Below are positions 34,398-45,286 of a DNA stretch of 64,000 bases, in pieces. Origin of the DNA: Cyanophora paradoxa CCMP329 (lineage: Eukaryota > Plantae > Glaucophyta); contig QPMI01000004.1 of NCBI GenBank assembly GCA_004431415.1, positions 1 to 64,000 on the forward strand, given 5' to 3'. A program made the position numbers and the translations under genes. Position 1 is the stretch's first letter; each line of letters opens with the position of its first letter. The notes under the pieces were generated by a model, which had not been told where the DNA came from, searched no databases, and saw only the letters and a list, made by a program, of their open reading frames with translations.

Positions 34398-37300
34398 TCA
34401 CGAGAGGCGCGCTGCAGTGCGGGAGGCGGGGCGCGAGAGCGTCGCTTGCTCGCTCGGGGTGTAGGGCCTGGCGTCGTACCCCTGCATGACCGCCTCGACG
34501 GACTGGGGCCTGTTGGGCGGCAGGCTCCCCTCCCCAGTGATCCGCCGCGCTTCGGTCGGCGTGGCTGCCGGCGGGGCTCGCGGGGCGACGCGGGGCGGGG
34601 CGGGGCGGGGCGCACTGGTGTGGGGCCGCGCGCGGAGGGCCCCGCGGAGCTGCTCGCGCAGGCGGGCGATCTCCGCGCGCTGCATCTCGACCTCCCGCTC
34701 GCTCTCCTCCAGCCGCTCCGCCACGCCGGCCGCCCGCCGCCGCTCCTCCCCACCACCTCCCCCACACGAGCGTCGAGCCCCGCGCCACGCGCCCCGCCCG
34801 CCCCATCCGCGAGATCGGCCTCCTCGCCCCCGCCCCCGCTGCGCCGCCGCCGTCGCCGGCCGCGGGGGGCAGGGCGGGGGCGCCGGCGTCCTCGGGCCTC
34901 GGGGCGGTCCCGGGGCGGGCCTCGCGGAGCTGGGCGCGGCTCTGGGCGCGTAGCTCGGACTCCTGGTCGTGGAGGCGGGTGGAGAGGAGGGAGATCTCGT
35001 TGCGCAGCTGCTTGTTCTCCGCCCGCAGGCGGTTCACCTCGCCGATGAGGAAGCTGTTCTCGCCGACCTTGCGCTGCAGCTCGCCCCGCTGCGCCCGCTC
35101 CGCCTGCTCCCCGCGGCCCTTGAGCGTCGCCAGCTGCCGCTCCATGTACTCGCGCTGCCGGCTGAGCTCGCCCACCGTCGAGGCCTCGGCCGCCTTGAGG
35201 GGCCCCTCGCTCGCGACGTACGTCTGGTGGAGGCGGCGCAGCGCGTCCCGCCAGGCGCCGCTGTCGAGCTGCACGAGGTCGTGCAGGTCCTGCGCGAAGG
35301 CCCCGATCGTCCGCTCCCGCTCCGCCAGCTGCCGCCGGACGCGCGCCAGCTGCCCGTTCGCCGCGTCGAGCTTGGCCTGGCGGTCGGCGAGGGCCATCTC
35401 GAGGGCGGCGGCGGTGCGGGCGTCCCGCTCGAGCTCCTCGTCCATCTCGCGGAGCTGCTCGCGGGCCCCCTCGAGCTGCTCCTCCCGCGGCTCCGCCTCC
35501 CGGCGCACCTCCCGCAGCTTGAAGTCCAGCACGAACTTGAACTTCTCGAGCTCCTTGTTCCGGTTCTTCAGCTCGTTCACCGTCCGCTCCTTCTTCTCGA
35601 TGCTCTCCTCCCGCTCCGCGATGTCGCGCTTGAGGAGCGCGATGGTCCGCTCGAGGTCGTGCCCCTGCTTCTCGAGGCGCCGGATCTCGCCGTCGCGCAG
35701 CCGCAGCTCGCGCCGCAGGTCGTCCATCTCCTGCCGGAAGCTGTCGAACTTGTTGCGGAGGAAGGCCGTCTCGCCCTTGTACGTCATGCAGAGGTGCCGC
35801 TCCTCGTCGAGCTCGCCCGCCTTGGCCTGCTTGATCGCCACGATCTCCCCCTCGTAGTCCGCCTTCTCCTGCTCCAACATCTCCTCGTACTGCCGCACCC
35901 GCCCCGCCGCCTCCTCCCGCAGCCGCCCCGCCTCGTCCTCGCGGGCGGCGAGGGCGGCGCCGGCGGCCTCGCGGGCGGCGCGGAGCTCCTCGGCGTGTGC
36001 CTGGCGGGTGCGCTCGAGGAGCTCCTCGGCGCGGTACTTGATGTCGTCCCGCTCCTGCTGCAGCTCGCGGTAGCGCTGCGCCTCCACCGCAAGCTTCCGC
36101 TCGTACACCGCCTCCAGCTCCTCCGCCGCCCGCATGTGCTGCCGCTCCAGCGCCGCCTCGCGCTCCATCAGCTCCCGCTCCATCTCCTCCTTGCGCCGCC
36201 GCAGGGCCTCGTAGCGCTGCTCGCCGGCCGCCTCGCCGGCGTCGGCCTCCTCGCGGGCGCGGGCGAGCTGGGCGTGCCACTGCTGCTCGCGGAGGTGGAG
36301 CTGGTACTCGGACTGCATCTGGAGCTCGGCGACGCGGGACTCCATGTCGGCGAGGCCGGCGTCCTTCTCGTCCAGCTCGTCCTTGGAGACGAGCAGCAGG
36401 TCCATGAGCCCCGAGCGGTCCGCCGGCCGCCGCGGCAGCACCTCCCCGTGGTCCACGTGGTGCACCTCGAAGAGCCACACGCTCCCGTCCTCCCCCGCCG
36501 CGAACACCAGCTGCCCGTCCGGCGAGACCCGCACCCGCGTCACCATCCCCTTCGCCGCCGGGTACTCGTGGTGCTCCGCCTTGCCCCCCGCGGGGAAGGG
36601 GTACGGGTAGGTGCGGAGGGCGCCCGTGGAGGTGGCGGCGAGGACGGTGCGGTCCGAGGCGAGCACGGCGACCTGCGTCAGGCGCGCCGCCGTCCCCGCC
36701 GCCACCTCCGCCCCCGTCGCCCCCCGCACGATCTCCCGCAGCTTCTTGTCCGAGCCGACCGCGAGCACGGCCGCCGCGTCGCGCGTGTAGCAGGCGCACG
36801 AGTACTGGCACGTCTTGAGCACGCTCTCTTCGGTGCGCTTGAAGCCCTTCACGCCCCACTCGTAGACGGCGCCGTCGAGGCCGGCGGAGACGAGCTGGAG
36901 GTCGTCGGGGGACCAGGCGAGGGAGCGCACGGGGCCCGTGTGGCCCTTGAGGACGGCGAGGCACTCGAGGGTGTAGGTCGCGTAGACGTTGACGTTGGTC
37001 TGGGAGGCGGCGGCGAAGAGGTGCCCGCCGTGGGCGAAGCGCGCCTCGCGGCAGGCCTTGATGGAGAGCTCCTGGAAGACGCGCAGGTCGCCCTTGTGCA
37101 CGTTGAGAAAGCGGAGCTTGTCGGCGAAGCCGGCGAGGAGGTGGAAGCCGGAGGGGTGGAGGGCGACGCAGAGGGGCTCGTCGGGGAAGAACTTGACGAG
37201 CTCGGCGGTGCGGTCGAGGTAGTTCCAGAGGCGCACGCTCCCGTCCGCCCCGCACGTCGCCGCCAGCGGCTTGCGCACGCACACGTCGAGGCCCGTCACC

Positions 37301-38805
37301 GCCGCCCCGTGGAAGGGCGCCACCAGCGGCGCGAACGGCTCGTGGCCCTCCCCCACGATGTCCACGTCTGCGCCCGCCCGCCGCCTCGACGCAGGGCGCG
37401 GCGGCCGGGGGCGGCGGGCGGGGCGGACTCTGGAGGGGGAAGGAGAGGAGCTGGCCGTTGGAGGTGCAGGCGACGAGCAGCTCCTCGCTCGGCGAGACGG
37501 CGACGCTCGTGAAGGCCGGGCCCTGGCCCGTCCGCAGCGTCTTCACCACCGCATACGGGTCCTCCCCGCCCCCCGCCCCAGCCCCCGGCCCCGGCCCCGG
37601 CCCCAGCGGCCTCGCCCCCGCCCCTCCGCCGGCCCCGGGCCGCAGCTTTGCCTTCCCCTCGCTCGCATCCAGCAGCGTCAGCAGGCCGCCCGTGCCCGCC
37701 ACCACGACCCCCTGCCGCCCCGTCGCGCGCGGCACGGGGCGGGGCGGGGCGGGGCGGGGCGGGCGGACGCGGGAGTGCGTGGCGAGGGCGGTGATCTGCT
37801 GGTCGGGGGGGTGGACGCAGGGCATGACGTGGTGGAGCTCGCCCTGGTCGAAGACCCAGAGGTCGCTCGCCGCCGTCGCCGCCACGAGCCGCTCCTCGCC
37901 CACCCACGCGTGCTCCGTGAAGTCCTGCACCTCCCGCCGCCCCAGCAGCGCGTTGTACCCCCGCAGCGCCCCCTCCTGCAGCCGGAAGAAGCGCAGCAGC
38001 TTCGGCCCCGTCACCGAAACCTGCGCCCCGGGGCGCGCGGCTCAGCGCCCCGGGGCGCGCGGCTCAGCGGCTGGCCCCGCGGGCGCCGGCGCGCCTGGGT
38101 GCTGTCCCAGGGGTTGAAGCGGACGCGCGTGGCAGGCGAGCCGACGCGGATGACGCTGAGAACCTGCGGGCGGCTCGGGCGGGCGAGGGGTGGAGGCGGG
38201 TGGGCGGAGGAGGGCGGGCCTTGGACTGGACCCACTGCCAGTAGACGAGGGTGTGGTCGGGCCCGCCGCCCATCGTCACGAGGTACTTCGAGTCGGCGGA
38301 GAAGCATGCGCCGACGTACTCGCGCGAGGCGACCTCCGCGCACGTGAGCACGCGCAGCCGCTTCTCCGTCGAGACGTTGTACATCGAGACCTGCGGCGAG
38401 GAGGACTCGCCCGCCATCCGCTCGCACAGCGCCATGTGCTTCTTGTTCGGCGACACAGCGATCGCCGTGATCCCTTCCACCTTCTCTTGCTCCCGGATGA
38501 ACGTCATCGCCTGGAGTTGGGCGTCGGACAGGTGGGCGCGCGTGGCGCTCGGGAGTCCACGCGGGCACCTTCGTCTCGCTGTTAAAGAGCGCCACGTGCC
38601 GCCCCACGGGATAGAGCACGACGTGGTCATCCAGGAAGTGAACATTGTCCCGGATCGAGCTCTGCACCCCGAAGGCATGCCTGCGCGGGGGTGCTAAGAA
38701 CTCGAGGCCCAAGTAGCTATGGAACGCTGGGAGACAGCCGCACGCGTATACAAGCAGGGGCCCGTTCTGTATGTTGCTCTCCGAGGCCTGCGCCGCCAGC
38801 GACAT
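34398..38805 (-). CDS. CFAP57: Cilia- and flagella-associated protein 57 (WD40 plus coiled-coil)
   Basis: HAFG...DNVHFLDDHVVLYPVG; FHGAAVTGLDVCVRKPLAATCGADGSVRLWNY; ELEKFKFVLDFKLRE. Confidence 0.93.
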
Positions 38806-38954
38806 TGCGCGGCTGTCGAGGCCTGTGCCGGAGAAGCTTGCCGCAGGTAGCTGTGTGGATCTAGCTTCAGAAGTACAAGCCGGTTCTAGCTGCGGCAGGA
38901 TGGAGATAGGTCTTACTTCCCACTCGCCGTACCCCGGCTTCTAACTTTGGAGAA

Positions 38955-41900
38955 ATGGAAGCCGAACGGCCCGGTAGCGCGAGGACGCTGCCGGAGGTGG
39001 GGACGAGCGTCCCCCTCAGTGCGCGACGCGCCCAGGAGCCAGACCCGGCGCAATCGGACGGCCATCTTCCCCGCATTGAGAAGGGTGCGATCGCTCGCGC
39101 GGTGCATTTCGGAGTCTTCACGCGCCCGCGCAGAGCTGGAAATGGTGGGTCTGGAGGAGGCGGCAGGCCCGGACGCGGGCGGCGGCTTGCGGGCGCAGAA
39201 CGCGGCGCTGGCGCGACGGGCGAGCAGCGAGCGCACGCCGCTCGCCTACTTGCTGCCCGTGATCGAGCGCGCCGCAGCTGGTGGCGACGGAGCAGCAGCT
39301 GGTGCAGGCGCGCGCGGTGAAGGAGTCGCTCGTCAAGAAGATGAGCCAGGCGCGCGCTCCCGGTTCGCCGGGGCCGTGGCGCCGGTTGACGGCGCGGGCA
39401 GGTGATGGAGCGGCTGGCGCAGGCGAAGACGGACCGAGACATCCTGACGAAGAGGATCATGCAGCTCGAGGGGCGGGTGCGCGCGCGCGCCCCCCGCCGC
39501 CGGCGGGCTGGGGTTGACGGGCGACAGGAGGCGGAGGGGCGCGCGGGGGCGGAGGCGGCGGCGCGGCGGGCGGCGGCGGAGGCGGAGGAGGCGGGGCGGC
39601 GGGCGGGGTCGCTGGAGCAGCAGCTGGCGGCGGCGCGGGCGCTGCTGGCCGGCGGGGCGCAGGAGGCGGCCGGCGAGCTGGAGCGCCTCGCGGGCGAGAA
39701 CGCCGCCCTCCGCGCCCGCCTGCGGGAGGCCGGCGAGCGGGCGGCGGCGGCGGAGCGGGCGGCGGCGGGCGGGGCGGCGGGGCGGAGGAGGGGCCGGGGC
39801 GGCGGGCGCGGCAGCTGGAGGCGCAGCTGCAGCAGGCGCGGGTGGACCGGCAGGTGGTGGTGCGGAAGCTGCTGGCGCTGGAGGAGGCGGCGGGGCGGGC
39901 GCGGGCGGAGGAGGAGGCGCGGGCGGGGCGGGAGCGGGCGCTGCTGGAGGAGGTCGGCGCCCTCAAGCTCGCCCGCGACGCCGCCGCCCGCCGCGCCGCC
40001 GACGGTCCGCCGCCCCGCCCCGTGCCCCGCGCCCGGCCGGGGCGACGGGCCGGGGCAGCGGAGGGGCGGGCGGGGCGGGCGGGGGCGGCCGGGGAGCGGG
40101 CGGCGGAGGAGGCGGTGCGGCGGCTGGAGGCGAGTGTGGCGCGCGTGGCGGCGGAGCGCGACGAGCTGCAGCGCCGCCTCCGCGCCGCCCTCCTCCCCGA
40201 GGCCCCGCCCCGCAGCCCGACCCCGCCGACCCCTTCGAGCGGGTGCCCCGGCCCCCGCCCGCCGCCACCCGCCGCGGGGCCCGAGGCGCGGGGCGGGGCA
40301 GGCGGGGCGGGAGGTGCGGGCGCTGGACGAGGGCCTGCAGGCGGCGCGGGAGGCGGCGGGGGAGCTGGCGGCGCGGGCCCCCGAGGCGGCGGCGGCGGCG
40401 GCGGCCGACCTGCGGGCGCGCTTCGAGGCCCTCGACGTCACGGTCCGGCCGGCCGGCGCGCGCGGGCGGCGCGGGCGGCGGGGGCGGCCCCGACGCGCCG
40501 GCAGCGGCTGAACGCGCTGATCGCGCTGCGGGACGCGCGGGCGGCGGCGGAGGGGGCGCGGCGGGAGGCTGAGGCGGCGCGGGCGGAGGCGGCGCGGGCG
40601 CGGGCGGTGCTGGGCAAGCAGGTCCTCGACCTCGAGCACGAGCTCGCCCTCGCCCGCGCCGGCATCGCCCCGCCCCGCGACGCGCCCGGGCCCCCCGCCC
40701 GCGCCCCGCCCCGTGCGCCCGCCCGCGCCCCGCGCCCGCGCCCCGCGCCCCGCGCGCGGCCGCCGAGGGCCGAGGGCGGGGGCGCAGGGCGCGGGGGCGG
40801 GGCCGGCGCGCGCCGCCGCGGAGGTGCTGGAGGTGGGGCGGGAGGAGGCGCTGGCGCGGGCGCTGCGGGAGGCGGAGGGGGCGCTGGCGGAGGCGCGCGA
40901 GGGGCGCGAGGCGGCCGAGCGCGAGCTCCAGCGCCAGCGCGCCGCCGCCGCCGCCCGCGTCGCCGAGGCCCGCCGCCGCGCCCGGGCCCCGCCCGCGCTC
41001 GCCGCCCCGCTGACGCCGGCGGCAGCTGGAGCGGGCGCTGCTGGCGGCGCAGCTCGAGCGGGAGGCGGCGGGGCGGCGCGCCGCGCTCGAGGGCGCGCAG
41101 GCGGCGGGGGCGGCGGCGGCGGGGGCGAGGAGCGGGAGGTGGTGCTGGGGTGATGGCCCGCGAGTTGCGGGCGCGGGAGGAGGAGCTGCGGGCCGCCCGC
41201 GCGGGGCCGGCGGCGCGGGCCGCGAGGAGGCCGAGCGGCTGGCGGGGCGCGCGGCGGAGCTCGAGGGGGCCCTCGCCGAGGCCCGCGCCGACGCCGCCCG
41301 CGCCCGCGGGGAGCTCACGCGCGTGCTGCCCCCGCCCGCCGGCCCCTGCCCCGCCGGCGCGACGGTGGCGGGCATGCGCAGGGCGCTGGAGGGGTTCCGC
41401 GGGGAGCGGGCGGCGCTGGAGGGGCGGCTGCGGGAGCTGGAGGGCCGCTACCGCGAGCAGGAGGCCGGCCTCGCCGCCGCCGCCCGCGCCCGCGGCCTCG
41501 CCGACCCCGCCGCCGACCCCGCCGACTTCCCGTCCGCCCCGCCCCCGCCCCCGGCCCCCGCCCCCGGCCCCCGGCCCCGCCGACGCCGCCCCGCCGCAGA
41601 GCGTGGTCGAGCACGCGCGCTACCTCGGCGTGCGCCCCGCCCCGCCCCGCCCCGCCCCGCCCCGGCCCGCCCCGGCCCGGCGCGGCGCGGCCCGAGGCGC
41701 GCGGCGGCAGATGGACCCGGTGTTCGACGCGCCGTACCTGTGGATCGCGGAGCAGGCGCTGAACGCGCCGCTGCCGGAGGGCTGGTCGGAGCACCGGGAC
41801 GCGACGGGCCGCCCCTACTACTACAACGCCGCCACCGACGCCTCCATCTGGGAGCACCCCTCGACGACTACTTCCGGTGCCCCCGCCCCGGGCCGTGCCG

Positions 41901-42228
41901 GGCCCCGGGGGACCCCGCCCCGCGCCCCTCACCGGCCCCCGCAGCTTCCTCTTCCTCCAGCTCCGCGAGCGCGCCGCCGGGGCGCCCCTCGCCCCCGCCC
42001 CGCCCCGCCGGCCCCGCAGACGGCGCCCCCGCCGCGCCCGGGGCCCCAGCTCGCCATCCACTTCGGCTCGGCCCCGGGGGCCGCGCGCGGGGCGGGGCCC
42101 GCCCTCAAACCTCCCGTGACGCCCCCCCCGGAGTACCGGTGCGCTCCCCCGGCCCCGGCCACGCAGGCGGGCGGCGCCGACGGCAGCGCAGGCGGCCGGA
42201 GTCGCGCAGCAGCCGCCGCGGCTCGTAG
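38955..42228 (+). CDS. Coiled-coil protein with a C-terminal CEP164-type WW module, copy 1
   Basis: VEHARYLG/MDPVFDAPYLWIAEQALNAPLPEGWSEH...YYYN...SIWEHP; Ala/Glu/Arg coiled-coil exons. Confidence 0.8.
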
Positions 42229-43515
42229 CGGCGAGAGTGAGCGAATTGGGAGCAGCAACTCGCGGCACAGGCCGGGGCGGCGGGGCGAGGGGCAAGAGCG
42301 GTGCGGGGCTAGCGGGCGGCGGGGCGCTGCTCCTCCTCCTCGGCCCCCTCCTCGTCGCCCTCCTCCTCCTCCTCGTCGGCCTCGCGGGGCAGGGGCTCCT
42401 CCCAGGGGCGCGGCCCGGGGGGCGCGAGGGGCGACCACGGGCGGAGGCGCTGCGCGGGCCCCCTTAACCTCGGCGCCCGGCGCCCCCCCATATCCACGTC
42501 GAGGTCCCATTTGCGATTGCGTGCCCTTATCGAAACGGCTCATGCCTTGATTACGAGACCGTCAGACGGCTCTCCGACTCTGAGAGTCTCTCGGCTGCAG
42601 CTGCTCACCGGGCTGGGCTATCAGTGGCTGCTCACGATAGGATGGGCCTCAGCCTGGCCGGCCCGGCCGGCCTTTTACCCTTCTTCTATTCGATGATCCC
42701 ACTACTAGCCTAGCAGCACTAGATTGATGCCTATTCAATGATCATCGGAGATTATATCCAATGATGACGGAAGCACCAAGTCACTGAGTTTGAATTCAAT
42801 TGTTCCCCCGATCATCGGATGCACAGTGCACGTGGCATATGCATAGTGCATCATGGCATGAAACTGAGGTGCCATGCACTGACTCAGTGAGCCCCTGAGC
42901 CACGCTGGTCAACCGTTGCCACGGGCCAGCAAGTTGAAGATCATCGGATATCGATATCGCAGACTCTGACTGAGAGTCGGATGCCACGTGCACAGTGCAC
43001 GTGCCATCGTGGCACGTGCACAGCTGCAGTACTACTGTATTGATGGCCAGTACTGGTCATGATCATGATCATCGGATCATGCATGCATACAAGTATATAT
43101 GCATATACGCGTTCAGTACTAGCCTAGTCACTGACTCAGTGAGTACTACGGTAGTGCACACGTGCACTGCACTGCGGCATAATGGCATGATACTGCGGCA
43201 TACGCTTGGCACATGCCATCGCATGCGCAAATCCGATGATCATGGCCATGGCATGATGATCGACTCACTGATCATGATCATGAGTCACGAAGTCCGACGG
43301 TCAGCGTACAGGCATCGAGACTTAACTTATAATTATATAAATAGTAAGCTTATTATCGGATGCCTCCTGACTCAGGGATCCGGCAGGCAAAACCAGAACT
43401 CTGATCTCGGCCCCCCAAGGCAGGCATATGCATTAGAAATTAAAGAGGGCGCAGACATCGTTCGTCAGTACTCTGTTCTAGCCGACCAAACTACGTGTTG
43501 GTCGCGGTGGAAGTA

Positions 43516-44993
43516 CTACGTGCTCCTGTGGGCCTCAATCTGGAGAACCTCGGCACAAACAACATGCCATGGCTCAAATACGGCCCCTGACCCCTCAATT
43601 CTTGCCATATCCTCATCTCGCCATGGTTTTAGGCGTGCATAATGGATGACTTTCACTGTACGCTCATCCCTGTGGGCAAACCGTTTCAACAGGCAAACTA
43701 AATTCGCAGAAACAACATTGCACACCAGAGCCAGCCGCGAGAGGATGCCAACCCGAGCTCAGGGCTCAAAATGTAGGGCATCTAACACCGTACAATTAGC
43801 TGGATGGGAAAGTAAAAGGAACATGTCTATCTCAGACGGGGCCTGCACAAAATTGAATATGTAGGGGAGGATGGTGAAGTGGTGCCGGTAGTACTGGAGA
43901 TCCACGTGAAGGGAAATACATCTTTGGAGGAGGGTGTACCTGGTTCAGAAGAGCCTGGTCAAGTGGCCCAATGTACGTCTCGTTGCGAGGCTCCCTGTCA
44001 AATTACTTCTCCGCAAGGAATAGCCGAAGGTTGGAGGAAAAAAACTGCAGACCAGGGCTTGCAGTAGACTGGTACAAGAAGGTGTGTCCGTTCCATTCTG
44101 CCGGGTACATAGAATTGGCAAATGCCAATACTGGACCGTCGGACAGGGGAAGACTAACAGATATGTGTAATGAGAAGCATGATTCATCATTGCATTCGCA
44201 TCCTTCATGGAAGGCCTGTGGTACGGTTGTTCGAAGAAACAATGCACACTTTGCGAGAAACAATGCACACTCAAGGACGAGAACATCTCCGTTGACCGTC
44301 ACGCCAAGCTCAGTCATCTCCCAAAGAGCGATGTCCGCAACAGCACAGGGAGGTGAGCAGGAAAAGAGCTGGTCCAGTGGCGCGACCGCTATCGCATCGG
44401 ACCCTATGTACACCACACGCTGGTACTCTATGAACTCCAACACTCGGAGCTGGGGATGCGGATTGCAAAGGAATGCAAGACAATTCAGAAAAGACGTTGT
44501 TCAGACCTTGTTCAGAAAGAAGACGCTGACGTGTGGTGGCCCATAGGGACCGTCAGGGGATGTCTGTCCGGAGAAGGGGTAGTTCTCAATTTCCACGATT
44601 CGATCGAACATCAGCGAGAGCCGTCGCAGCTGCTCGCGATTCGATCGAACATCAACTCGAGCCGGCGGCAAGCGGCAGAGGAAGCCGGTTACCGAGGGCT
44701 CCGCAAGCTGGCGTACGACCATACAGACGAGGGATCGGGTTGTGCCGGCCCGCCGGATTGAATGTGCGAGAACCTGCCCAGGATGAGCGACGGCCGAAAG
44801 CTGCTTGTTTGCAGCTGACCATAGCTGGGAGGATGAAGTCCTCCGTAGAGACGAGCGTGACAAAGGCGGTTTGTGGATGCGATAAAGGACTGTACTGATT
44901 TAATGAGTCCTCGGCATTAGAGCGGAGGGCGAGGATAAGGAGGATGAGGAGGGTCTGTTTCGCTCCACACGTCGAGCGCTTGACCGACTCCAT
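43516..44993 (-). CDS. Glycosyltransferase family 8 (glycogenin/PGSIP-like), copy 1
   Basis: Signal anchor; AFVTLV...VLAHSIR; KLRVLEFIEYQRVVYIGSD; VLVLE/PS; VIHYARLKPW. Confidence 0.8.
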
Positions 44994-45286
44994 AGCAACC
45001 GACTCCAGAATAGCCAGGCAGCCGCTCAGCGCTTCATCTGCGCCCTCGATAGATATGCAGCAAGGGCGTGTTCTGTATGTTGCTCTCCGAGGCCTGCGCC
45101 GCCAACGACATTGCGCGGCTGTCCGAGGACTGCGCCGGAGAAGCTAGCTCGCTGCAGGTCGCTGCGCGGATCTAGCTTCAGAAGTACAAGCCGGATCCAG
45201 CTGCGGCAGGGCTGAGATAGCCCGAAGTGGCCCCTCTAGCCGTACCCCGATGTCAAACTTTCAACTTTGCCTGAAACTTTGGAAAA

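Noticed and set aside
42464-45058. Block I as a Helitron or piggyBac carrying GT8
   Set aside because: No TC...CTRR ends, TIRs or paired TTAA found.
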